A stretch of 64,000 nucleotides of DNA from NCBI GenBank assembly GCA_964106645.2, contig OZ067040.1. One strand, 5' to 3'. The stretch comes from Podarcis pityusensis (taxonomy: Eukaryota). The translations under genes were made by a program, and so were the position numbers. A model generated the notes under the pieces. That model was given only the letters and a program-made list of their open reading frames with translations. It ran no database searches and had not been told where the DNA came from. Shown one piece after another: positions 41,616-53,484 of this stretch (within the stretch, counting starts at the first letter, position 1; every line of letters starts with the position of its first letter).

Positions 41616-42466
41616 CTCCTCCTTCTTGGTCCCACCTTGGGAGGAGGAGACACCTTTAGTTTCTCTCTCTCTCTCTCCCCTAAAGGGGTCTCTCATCTCC
41701 AAGCTCTCTTTCAGAGAATCTCCCATTAACCAACAGTTGACAGGACTCTTTGGGGAATATATAGCAGTAGATATCTGACTTCAGCTTGTAGTGTAGATAT
41801 AAACTCACTCCCTTTTTCAGAACCCTCAGCGGAATTGAAACTATCCCACTGATTTTAAATGGAGTCAGAATCAGTACCGGTGCTTATCTCAGTCGTGCAT
41901 TGATTCAAACGTTGCTGACGTTGCCCTTACCCGTATTACTATTCTGGACGACATGGTTTTGAATTATAATGATCATTAACAACATAATGATCATTAACAA
42001 CCTTCCAGTATCTCCGGAGATCATATGAGACAGATTATTTGCCTTGCCCCTTTAAACCACGATTGTCTTCTCGGAGAGTGTCCAGAATCCCAGGCGGAAG
42101 GGCCTTTTCTGTCACCAGCTCCCTGGCACTATTAAGCTGGCAACGACAGGGGGCGAAATGTGACCCCCGCCCTCCAGCAAATCCTGAAACAGACTTGCCA
42201 TAGGCCCACCACTGAAGTCAACGCGACGTGTCCCCTTATTTATCAGGGAGAGAAAGAAAGGACATTTTACATGGATGGGGCCCGACAGATCTGCAGGTCG
42301 CTCCCCAGGGGACCGTTTCGATCGCCTGCAAACCTTGAGTCTGGTTCAGCAACTCGTAGGAAAGAGCATCAAGCCCGTGTTTGTCTTCTATCACGAGCCT
42401 TCTATAGCCTTTCTTCCCAGTCTGCCGCTATCTCGATTGGGCTCGGGCTCTCCCTACAAAACCTTA

Positions 42467-42592
<126 letters not shown>

Positions 42593-45369
42593 TTATTCGA
42601 GATCTTCGGATGAAGGGCGGTATACAAATTTATAAAATAATAGTAATAATAAAAGAGAGGCGGGGCACCAGGGTCCTAATGCCTGATCTGGCAATGAGCG
42701 GTATATATTAATTAAACAAGAATAATTATTCTGTGGTTTCTACCTGACAGTACAAGGGGAGATGGGGAGGGGTCACGAATAATGAAACTATAAAGATCTC
42801 CCCCCCCCCTCTACTTTACAGCTCAGTTGCGCTTTCATTGACTGGACTTCAGACGTTCCAACCAGAAACCACTTTCTTGAATGATAATTCGATTGAAATA
42901 AATGCGGGTTTATGTTTTTCTGGATTAAATAGAACAACCTCTGCTCTGACTCGTGGCCTAGAATGCTTTTGCTTCTCGAATCATTGAAATCCTACCAACT
43001 GGCTCTCTGGAAAAAAATCTTCCCATATTCACACATCCGTTTCACACACAACGAACCAATTTCTGGTACCCAGAAACTAGTTTTTCTGCCAGAAATGTGG
43101 GGAACAACTAAACCCATTCCCTTTGGAGGGCCCTGGAAAGAGAGAAATGCCGTGGAAACGAACATAACGCGGGTGCTCAGCTTAGCCACAACTATTCTGT
43201 TCAATGTTTAAAAAACATCAAACTGGGTGTGAACAAGCAGCCAGCTCCTGTAAACACACAAACCGTCGTGTGGCCATTCAGCTCTCCGAATAAAATAAAA
43301 GAATAAAAGCAAAAGCGGTAATTATAGTTAATAACTTCGTCGCGTCTTTTTTGCAGATTTCAAATGGAGAAAATTTTATTTGGGAGGCGAAGGGCTGCTC
43401 CCCAGCCACGAAGGAAGCCTTGAAATTTCCCCTCTTCTCTGGGCTTTAGTCGTGTCTCTGGAAGGAACGTTATTCGGAGGGAAAGTCATGGGATCGACTT
43501 ACAAATCCCAATTAAAACCGTGGGGCTGCATGACGTCTAAGAGCGTCTCCTCGTGAATTAATTCCACCACCTCCACCCCACTTTTCCTACCCCCAATGGT
43601 CTCTTCCAGTCCCCCTGTGTCGGGAACTGTTCCCTCTAGTGGGAAGGAGACCGGCTTCCGACTCAAGCGGCGGTAGAACCAGGCAGATGATCCGAAAAGC
43701 CTCCTGGAACAACGCTTAAACATCGCCCGCGTGTAGGAAAGGACATGAATGTGTGTGTGAAATCGCGGTGTTTTTTCTTTGTCTGCAAAGCCCTTGTTTC
43801 TGGCATTCCTCATTATCTCCCCTCCCTCCACCTTGTTGTCTTTTTCTGACAATACTTCTGAAACGCCTACAGCTCCCGGTTTAAATTGAAACCATTGGAT
43901 TGGACCCGCGGTGCCAAGAACAGTTTATGCCAAACCAACTAGTGGTCACAATCATCAACAACCGCAAGCAGAACCTGTGCGCTGTGGATCCGGGGTGCTT
44001 TGCTAAACTAAGACACACCTGAGCTCGAAGTGCCACTGGAATTACTGAGAGATGCGGGTATCAAAGGGGGGAGGGGAGGGGTCCAAGGGCGTGGTGGCTC
44101 AGCTGGGTTGTGGATCGCATACAACCCCGGACACGCCTCCTCTGCTGCTCATTCAGATTCTCTCGCGCCTGGATTCCAACGCACGTTTCCTTGCAAGTGC
44201 CCTCGATGCCGCCTCATCCCATTACACCCCCTAAGTGGGCTTAGAATGGAAAGCAAGCGGCCCAAGAGCCGCCTCTTGTTGTCGATGCAGCTAAATCCCG
44301 CTAACGATCGCGCCCGCGCTTCGCAAACACCGGGCCTTCTTCGCGCAAGCCTTCGCCCTTCCCCTTTCTTCGCCTCCCCCCTCCGGCCCACTCTTCTGCC
44401 AGAGAGCCTCCCACGCGTTTCCAGGGACTCACTCGCGTTCACAAGCACGTGAAAACTCGTGAAAGCGACCGAGCCTGAGGAAACGCGAGGGCATAAGCTG
44501 AGCTAGCTAACAATTGTGGCAGGCGCTCACATAAGATGGCAATTTATACGTTCAGTGCTTTAGCAGTGGTGCTGTAAAACACTGGAGAGGATCCGCTCCG
44601 GACTCAGACCTGTCTACAACTCGGTTAAACCAAAGAGCGCTTGAATCTAAGCCGATTGGCGGCACATTCAGAGCAATTCCTCTGTGAAGATTACTCCCAG
44701 GTAGACGTGCACAGCACAACCCTATCCACGTTGACTCCTGAGTCAGTCCCACTGTATCCAAATGGGACTCAATTCCCAGGAAAGTGTGCGTTGGATTTAC
44801 GCCTTAGATCTATAATTTACACGCCCGTGATTTACACATGCACATATACACACGTCAGCGGACCATACATCCAGATGTTCAAGGTCAGCGGGGTAAGCCG
44901 CCTAAAAACCTGAGCCGTGAAAATCAAGTCGTTTGGCCTTTATAGGTTCTTTTTGCTTTCACTCTCTCTCTCTCTCACTCTCTCACACACACGGTCCCCC
45001 AACTGGGATCAGTCAGCTCTTGTCATGTTTACTCAAAAGCAAGCCCAATCGAATTAAATGGAATTGACTCCCAAGTAAGTGGGATACAGCCGAAGTCCCT
45101 AGAGCCCAGCGATTATTCAAAGCTAAGCCCGAGGGCAATCGAAGTCGTATTTCACTTTGCCAAAAAGACCGAGGACGGTGCCAACGAAGGGGAAAGCGGA
45201 CCTGGAGCCACCCCGTTCAGATTTTCCCGGAATCCACTCGGCCTCCTCGCCGGCCTAGCCTTGGACTCGCCAAATGGAACAGGACAGGCGAGTCCTCGCA
45301 GGAGTTCACCTGTAGCATATATAGGCTGCCTCTTCTATTCTAATAGCAACCATGACATGAAACTTCTAG

Positions 45370-45562
45370 CCACAGGAGCCAGACCCTAGGAATTTAGGTC
45401 CCTTCGCCCCCTCCCCCAATAAAATATTTGAGGGGGCAGGCTCCTCCCGCAAGTTGATGGGCAGTGCCATTCACCTAGTGTGCGTGTGCCGCGTCTTGTG
45501 ACTACGTGGGGCGGGGCTTACCTCCCCCTCCCCCCAATATTTTATTCAGGTTGGCACCTCTG
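45370..45562. mobile_element. MITE-like repeat homologous to 17030-17150
   Basis: Shared aagttgatgggca(g/t)tgccattca...ggggcttacc...ccaatattt. Confidence 0.6.
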
Positions 45563-48500
45563 TTTCTAGCACAGGTCTTTCCAGCTCTATATGGTCCATA
45601 AGGACCGGCATCGACTGCCTACATCTTGACAGCAGTGTTTCCAGCGGTTCCTTTTGGAACCGTTCTGTTATAGTATTGTGATGGTTTTATTTGGTTTTAA
45701 CATTGTGTTTTCTCTTGCTGTACCCAGCCCTGGGACCTCCAGGTGACGGGCAGGTAAGAAATGGTACCAATAAATAAAACCTGAAGCTTCCAGAGTGTGA
45801 ACCCGGATTCTTCATCAGACTTTCCGGCGGAAGTCCGGGGCCCCACAGAGCGAGATGAGCAGGAGGATTCCCAAAACTGAGCCTGGTTGGCTCACCACAT
45901 TTGATATGAGCAAAGCTGGAACTATTATGAAGTAAATCTTTAGGGGGGAGCATTAATTCCAGAGTCTAAAACGACCTAACTGAACTTTCTGCATGCTAAT
46001 TGCGTCCTCCGATTCCTCTAATAGTGAACGCGCACAGGGGCATCGGACCCTCTGCGCAGGTCTTCTTGAATTCCGTAATTCCGTACGTGTCCAGCTCTTC
46101 TGTCTCCCGACTTCATGTCTGTTGGGACACGCCTAATGGCTGGGGATCTCGCGCAGGTGGCCCAGGTGCGCAAGAAGGCTGGGCGCCTGAACCTTTCGTA
46201 GTGGCTCAGAAGCGGAAAGGCTAGCAGGTGCGTGATTTACCAAGCCCTCCCGCTCTTGTCTTCTGCACAACTTTTAAATGTCTAGGAGCCGGGCGCTACA
46301 CACACACACGCCCGCTTTGCCAACACCAAATATTGGGAGGGCGAGATCCTAGCGGATTTCAGAGAACACTCCTTCCTAAATCCCACCTGGCCGCCCACAC
46401 GTGGGAATCGTTCTTGGGGGAGTGGGAGCGACGACGGAAGTGGCTGTCAGGGAAGGCTCCAAGCTGATCCTTGCTCGGAAGTAAAGTTCAGCGTGGCTCA
46501 AGGAAGCTTCCTGAATCCCGGGGCGCCTAGAGTTACTGGATTGATGCGCATTTGGAAATGCCTGTTCTTGGATTCAGTGGCACTCCCTCCTGAGGGTTTC
46601 AGCCTGGAAGTCCAAATCCGTGCGTGTTTGCTTCCTTTAGAAGGGAGCCCCTGTAGCTCAAGTCCCCTGTGTGCCTAAGTTGTTGGTTGGTTAAAAAAAA
46701 AAAGGCTCGTCCGTCGAGGTTTGACTTTCTATGAAGGAGCCTCGAGAGTTTATGCGCTCCCTCAGCGCCACGATTAAACGAAAGGGCGTGGCTACCCAGC
46801 TACATTCAGATAGACGTAGCTGCCTGCTTAAATGAGTATTGGATCGTGGTAACAACCAACTCCTGTAGGGTTCTTTTCTCTTCTTCGGGAAACTGAAAGT
46901 ACTGAAGCCTGAGTGGCCGAGGGAAGCGGGAAGGTCTCAGACATTCACGGGTTCCTTTCGTTTTGATGTGTTTGTTAGCGGAATTAAGAAGAAAGACGTA
47001 AAGACGTGGGTTTTTTGGGGGGAGGGGAGCTGCCTGGATGTGCAGATCTACATAAACGTATTAAGGAGGTCTGGATTTAAACAAGCAACGAGAGTAACGC
47101 TGTCTGTGGGCATACACACAGACACACCTGTCGACTCACGAGACCCTCTCTGGGCGATCCAGACGTTCCCATTCGAATCTCTGCGCTTTTCCCAGTTCCT
47201 GATTAATCCGAATGCAAAAGGGGGGAGGAGAGAGGGGGGCCTCCTATTTCTCTTAGGCTACTAAAAGTGGAGCAGCAGATCCTGCCCCGGCGGGTTAATG
47301 AATAGTCTGCCTGCATTACAGATTAACTTTTGGGCAGAATCCGCAATTCTATTCTCTCCCGCCTCCCCGCCCTGCTCTGCAGCTCTTTTGCTCCTGTTCC
47401 GGGTGAACTCCTCCCTCCAGCCGAGCCAAGTTAATATTTTCTAAACAAGCGCTTTGCTCGCCCTTCCGAGCACTTCTCTTCCAAACTGAGCCACGTGAGA
47501 TTTAGGAGGGGGGCAGGGAGCGAGAGCCTTCTACTGGCCAGATGTCTCCATCCTTTCCCATGAATGACTGGCCGCCATCTGACCATTCTCCAATCCTTTG
47601 GTCTCTGGGATTCCTTAAAACCTCGCCGCGGTGGTGGGTGGGCGACTTTCAGCTTTTTCAATCCACAAGCCAGGGGAGGTGGAGGGCGTCGAGGCTGCTG
47701 TTTTATCCGCTTATTGAGAGAAGAAGCCCCACTGAGCTCAAGGAGACTTAGTTGCCAGTGTATTGTAAGTCACTTTGAGTTACCTTGGTAAAGAGGTGAC
47801 CAACAAATTTAATTGACGGGTGGTGATAGACTTGCACTGCGACTCAAGCTGAGTAACACTGACATCTCAAACTGACTGATCTCCCCTAGTTGCTCCGGTC
47901 TAAAACGCCCCATTGATTCAATAGCATTTAGCGCTACAGGAACATGGGGATCCTACGAGCGTCTGCTCAGAAGTGAATCCCACAAAATCAAAGGAGACAG
48001 AGGCCAAGGAGAGAGTGGATAGGCTTGCCCCCTAAATGCGTTTGGATCACAACCTTGTGGCCGGAGATGTTCACCCGGAAGTTGCGGCGCAATCCTAATC
48101 GCGACTACTCAGAAGCAAGCCCTTGTCAGTTTAGTTTCCCCCCTACCCTGCACCCCTCTCTTCCTCTGAAGTGAACAACATTTAACCCACGGATCCTAAA
48201 ATATTTATCGTAATGACAGTTCCTTTGGAATCAAGCTAGGACTTAATTCGAAACGTTTCAACTAAGTCTTCCGCTTGCATTTATTGCGCGTTAAGACACT
48301 CTGAGTTAAAAGGGGGTACTGGAAAACGGCAGCTTCAGATACATTATAGTTCGGTATCTTTTATTTTTAAAGTATCTCTCTCCCCTCCCCCCCCCCGATT
48401 TTAACGTTGAGTAAAGTTGCTTGGGGTGCACTTGACCTACCGCAGCCAATCCCCACCCCTTCAAATACTGTAGTCTGATTGCATTTTCTTCGTCTTTTTA

Positions 48501-49573
48501 AAAAGTGAGAAACCCAGATCCTCTCCCCCTCTCTCTTTGCCTTTGGGATTAGGTTGGTCAGGAGATGTAAAGGTTTCTTCTTGCAGTTTGGAGAGCCTCG
48601 CTGAAGCAGAGGAAGAAGAAGAAGGAGCGAGAATTGGAAGAGATGAAGAAGGAGCTTGGAATCTGAAGGGGGGATTTTCCCGGCTAAAGTGGTGGAAGAT
48701 AAAAAGGGAAAACATAATCTATTTTGGAAGATTTCCAAGCTACGCTACATTAACCTTCCTAGGTAAAAAAAAGGGGGGGGTCTCCGTTCCGCGCTTCGCC
48801 AAGCCTGGTTTATCATATTTACATAAGTAGCCTTAAGAAGTGGGTGGGATGTATCTATTATGGCTCTAACGAGCTCACATTTCGCTTGAAAAGCCGGGCG
48901 AAGTTCCACTGCTGCTTTCCTCGCGATTCTGTTTGAAGGCAGACGCCTCCCCCCCCCCGCCCCCTGCTCGCCTGCATCTTTCCCATCATCCCACCCCCGG
49001 ATTACCTTCACGGCCTGCCTACCGAGGCTTTGTGATTTCTGGAAATGAGATTTCGATTTCTAAAACAAGAAACCAATTAGTAACCAAATGAGGCGGAGGA
49101 GATCCACACCAATTGACCTAATCCCACAGGCACCGTTGACTAGGCAGGCGGGAGGACGGCGAACAGCCACCCCTCCTGCCCCCTCCAGAGGCGACCAGGC
49201 AGCTGCCGGCATGGCTGGCCGGACGACGAGCATCGATCGCGCTTGGGGGAGAGCCGTGCGGAGTGGGGCAGGAGGATGGCGTTTTTTGAACCACTTCTCC
49301 TCTGGCCCGAGGGTCGTCTTCTGATCTCTGAACCCTCGAGACTGAATTTCGATCCGGATTAAGAATGCCTCTGAGCTGCCATCCTAGGCGCTCTCCACTT
49401 CCAATGGCACAATCTTTCACAAAAGTGTGGGCTACTAGAGAGGGCTTGCGTGGAGATGCGTCGCCTTATTTTCTTTTTTCTTTTTTTGCGTTTGGTCTGG
49501 GTGAAGCTAACCGACAGAAACCTGTTCGATAAAGCACACACCATTGTGCTGGTTTGTGCAACGCAAACTAAGA

Positions 49574-49576
<3 letters not shown>

Positions 49577-49608
<32 letters not shown>
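49577..49608. repeat. (CT)n microsatellite
   Basis: Seen directly in sequence. Confidence 0.95.
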
Positions 49609-49613
<5 letters not shown>

Positions 49614-52600
49614 CATTCCCTTTCCTCTCTCCTCTTCCCAAGTCGCTCACCGGCGCGCGGCTATTAATATTCAGAACTCGGGTTTCTTGCAACCTGCCTA
49701 CTGCTCGAGCTGTTGCACTGAAGGCAGAGAAACTACATTTGGAAGCAGCCTCCGCCGAGAATAAAAAGACAAGAGGAAATCTTTTCAAAGTAGACAAGGT
49801 GCGCGCTGCAGGCAAGGTGTGCAGAACTAAAAGGGGCCTCCGGAGAATGGATCTCTTCTAGTCCGACTGGTTTCTCTCCTTCGCCCCCGCCACCCACCCG
49901 ATCTAAGATTCCTCACTCGGATTCGTGTGCTTACAGTATGACAGTGGAAGACCAAACACAGTTCTAGGGAAAGCCAGCCCTAGCTGAGGAAGAGAAGAGA
50001 GGACATCTCTAATCAAGGCCAAGTGTTTGGGCTCGCCTCTTCTCACTCACCCAGCGGGATTCCACCAGTTACAAATAAATAATGGGAAAGAGTTCATTTA
50101 ACAAAGAACTTAAACCTGGTGTGGTTGTTTTTTTTAAAAAAACACCATATAAGATTATTGTTATTTTTTTCCAATGTCTGTATCATTTTGGTTTTAGCAA
50201 ACAAAAATAACCACATGTCTATTATTAAAGTCACAAACTGAATATAAAAGGCTTCCCAATATTATTACATTTACTTCTATTATAATGAATCACTAACACC
50301 CAGAAAACGTTTTCTCCTGTGTTTGCAACTTCAAGAATGCAGTTCCATGCAGCAGGTAAATCTATGAGGAAACCGCTACAATAGTGATAGTAACATTAAA
50401 AGCTGGGAAAACACCTTTGCAGGTATAGGGGAAGCTGTAGACCATTGCTGTACTGCTACTAAAAATTACTAAAAATCTGCCACAACATTAGTGTCCTTGT
50501 AGTAGCGGCATTGCCCATGTTTCTCACTGCAGTATTTTCCAGTAATAATAGCTGATAGCATTGTTTATTTTTATTATTTTATTATGAAATGGTTTGTGTT
50601 GCCTACTACAGCCTGCCCCACAGCAGGAGGGATATAAGAAGCAAAACAAGCTTTTAGTCTTATTCATACTAGAGGAATTCTTCTTAGTATCTGGGAGAAT
50701 CTTACTTGCCCCACACCAAGCCAACCTAGAATTATTGTCTGTGTGCAATGCTAACGTTAACAAATATTGTGATCTGGATTTTATCTGCCTCTGTTCCACA
50801 GTTTCCCACCTATCCTGAGGGATTCTGATCTGGATTTCAGGAATCAACCACAAAATCTGCTTTCCTTTTGTAGTCATCCAGAACAGATTGTTCTATTTGC
50901 TATGCATCCAGTGCCCTAAAAAGCCTAACAAAGGCCACCTACCCAGTCAGCAGCTGTGGTGAAATTTGAATTGGCTCATCATTTCACCACCACCTCCACA
51001 CTTCTTATTCCAAGGCAATTCGTCCCAAAGTAGACAAAATGGGTCTTGTTCCCAGGTAAGTGGCCATAATGACTGCAGTCGGAAATTCAGAAATTAGCTC
51101 TACAGATTTCAGTTGAGGCCTACTCCCAAGTAATAACATATAGAAAGCTGCAACTTAAAACCCCACCCATAACCCTGTTAAGCCCAGCTACTGCAGGAAG
51201 TGTTGAGATGCAACACAGCTTGCCTATAGGTTGTTGGCTTTGCATGGGAAAGAGTAGAGTAGATAGAAGAATCTGCAAGCATCCTAGACTGTCCTTCGAC
51301 CTGTGCTGACATTCCTTCAGCTGCTGGAGGGAAACTCTTAGCGTTGCTGACCTAATTTCCTGCTCCTTCATCCTCAGCTTGGGAGAGGAGACATCTTTGT
51401 AGGCCTCTCCCGCTGAGAACAAAGAGCAAGCATGGCTCTTTGTGCATCGCCACCTCAGATTAGAGCGATGAACGTTCCCATCAAACTTCCTTTACTAAAT
51501 GTAGCTTTATTACTTTCCCAATTCGGCGTCTCTCTGAGCCCGCATCTCAAGGTAAAGTGCGCTTCTCCAAACGGGACTCGGTGTTCAGTTCAGCTTTTGC
51601 TGGTGCATTCAAAACTCCAAATGCCACCCACTGCCAGATTAAAAAACTGGGGTCCTTAACCCACTGGTTGGAAGGGGAAGCAAGTCTCACTGAACCCATT
51701 ACTTCGGAAAGGTGGGTTAGTGGCTCCATTCAGAAATGTTGGGAAGGGGGACAGGGAGAAGCTCCACTCTGTCGCTGCGCTTCACCCTCCCAGGTGGGTC
51801 ATTCGAAAAAGATGTGGTGGTCGGACGCATGTTAGGCGCATTCGGAAACCTGGAGCGAAGGGTTTGGGTCCCCAAACGCCTCTTTCAAATTAGGGGCGGA
51901 GGGCAAACCAGCTCGGACAAACCTGCGCTGAAACCCTGCGAGGAAGTCCTAATGGCCTCTGGGAGACTAACTTCCTCGTAAGCATACAGCAGCACCGATA
52001 GGCTGCGATCCTATGCATGCTTTTCTGGAAGAAAAGCCCATAGAAACGCTGGGGGGTGGGCTTATATATCTGAGTAAACATGTCAAGGATTTCTCTGAAC
52101 GTTATTTTTTCAGGATCCCAACCCCCCCAAATATTCCGATTTTCAAATGTGATTTTCTACTTTGGGTTGTTTCTATATCTAGTGGCCTTTTAAAGGGTTA
52201 TTGAAGGATCAGGCTAATACTGAACATGTCTAATACTGTAGTGTTTTTGTATGTATTCAAAGCGCGTCCCGTACACATTTTTACAACAACACCGCAAGGC
52301 AGGCCAGTACCACAGTCCTCATATTTCAGCCGAGAGCCTAAGAGCTGCGTGTCCCCAAGAATTCACAGTACACTACCTGTGTGTCAACGCTCTGCATTAT
52401 ACCTAGCCAGAATCTAACCTTTATTTATTATTAGACCGCGGGGAATAACCTCATTTCCCTTCATACCATCCGACTGTGCAGTGATCTTTCCATGCACCTT
52501 TCTTATCTAGAGTAGTTCGCTGCCCTTGGAAATTGCAGTGTTGGCTTCCTGCAAACCTCCATTTCCGGCACCTTTCTAGATCACGCATAATTTCGTCCTA

Positions 52601-53034
52601 CAGACCTGAGAAAAAATGTTGTTACCATTGCTACAGTGCAGGGCTCTTTACATACCGATAAGCAATAAAATAAAATAAAAATGGACAGGTCCCTGCCTCC
52701 ACGGAGTTTACAATTTGAAATAAACAATGAGGAACGCAAGACCGGAAAGGCAGGGCTTCGGCTGAGATGAGCAGAATCCTGCGGCCGCGTTTATTTAGTA
52801 TGTAGCAGGTTCGGTGGGAAGCAGGGAGGCAAGGATGAGACCCTGGGCTTCGGAGCCACAGTTAGGACCTTCGGTTTGTTAATTCAAGGACAATTATCCG
52901 ACAAACACATTCTTTGAAAAAATGCTGTCATCAAACTAATTAAGGCAGAATACATGGAACTTGCCTTGGTAGATCTACTGCACCTTTCGACTTATTTCAC
53001 TCTTGGGCTGAGTTTGCACTAAGGGCTGTGCCCA

Positions 53035-53250
53035 AGTCTAGGATCTGGGAATCCTGGGTTCAAGTCCTCAGTTGGCTACGAAACTCACAAGCTGATCTTG
53101 AACCAGTCACTGCCTCTCAGCGTGACCTACCCCACCCACAGCGTTGTTGTGAGGATAAAATGAAGAGGGGAGAATTATTTGCGCCGCCGTTAGCTCCATG
53201 GAGGAAAAGATGGAATATAAATGCCACAAACAAAACCATAAATAAATAAC
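53035..53250 (+). mobile_element. MIR-like tRNA SINE with L2-type tail
   Basis: B box gggttcaagtcc, core ...ttgttgtgaggataaaatg, and an (AAAT)n-like end. Confidence 0.65.
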
Positions 53251-53342
53251 GCACAATAATAAAATTACCCTAAAAGTAAGTGCCAAGGGGAATGGTTCTC
53301 CCTGACACAATCTCCATCTATATACAGGTGTTTTATTTAGAG

Positions 53343-53484
53343 CAGGTGTGGGGAATATTTGGCCCACTAGGGTGTTGATGAACTACAACTCCCATCATCC
53401 AGAACAAGCCCGGCCAATGGCCAGAGGTGATGGGAGTTCTAGTTCAGCCGCATCTGGAGGAGGACAAAAGGCTCGTCACCCCTG
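53343..53484. mobile_element. hAT MITE sharing the aactacaactcccatc core
   Basis: cagg...cctg ends; TSD atttagag / gtttagag. Degenerate relatives at about 10752-10890, 12985-13105, 28145-28280, 31465-31560, 39310-39445 and 60060-60190. Confidence 0.75.

Noticed and set aside
45780-45830. Second hammerhead-like motif on the minus strand (CTGATGA...GGAAGCTT)
   Set aside because: GAAA core broken, and stems I and II do not pair convincingly; at best a decayed relic
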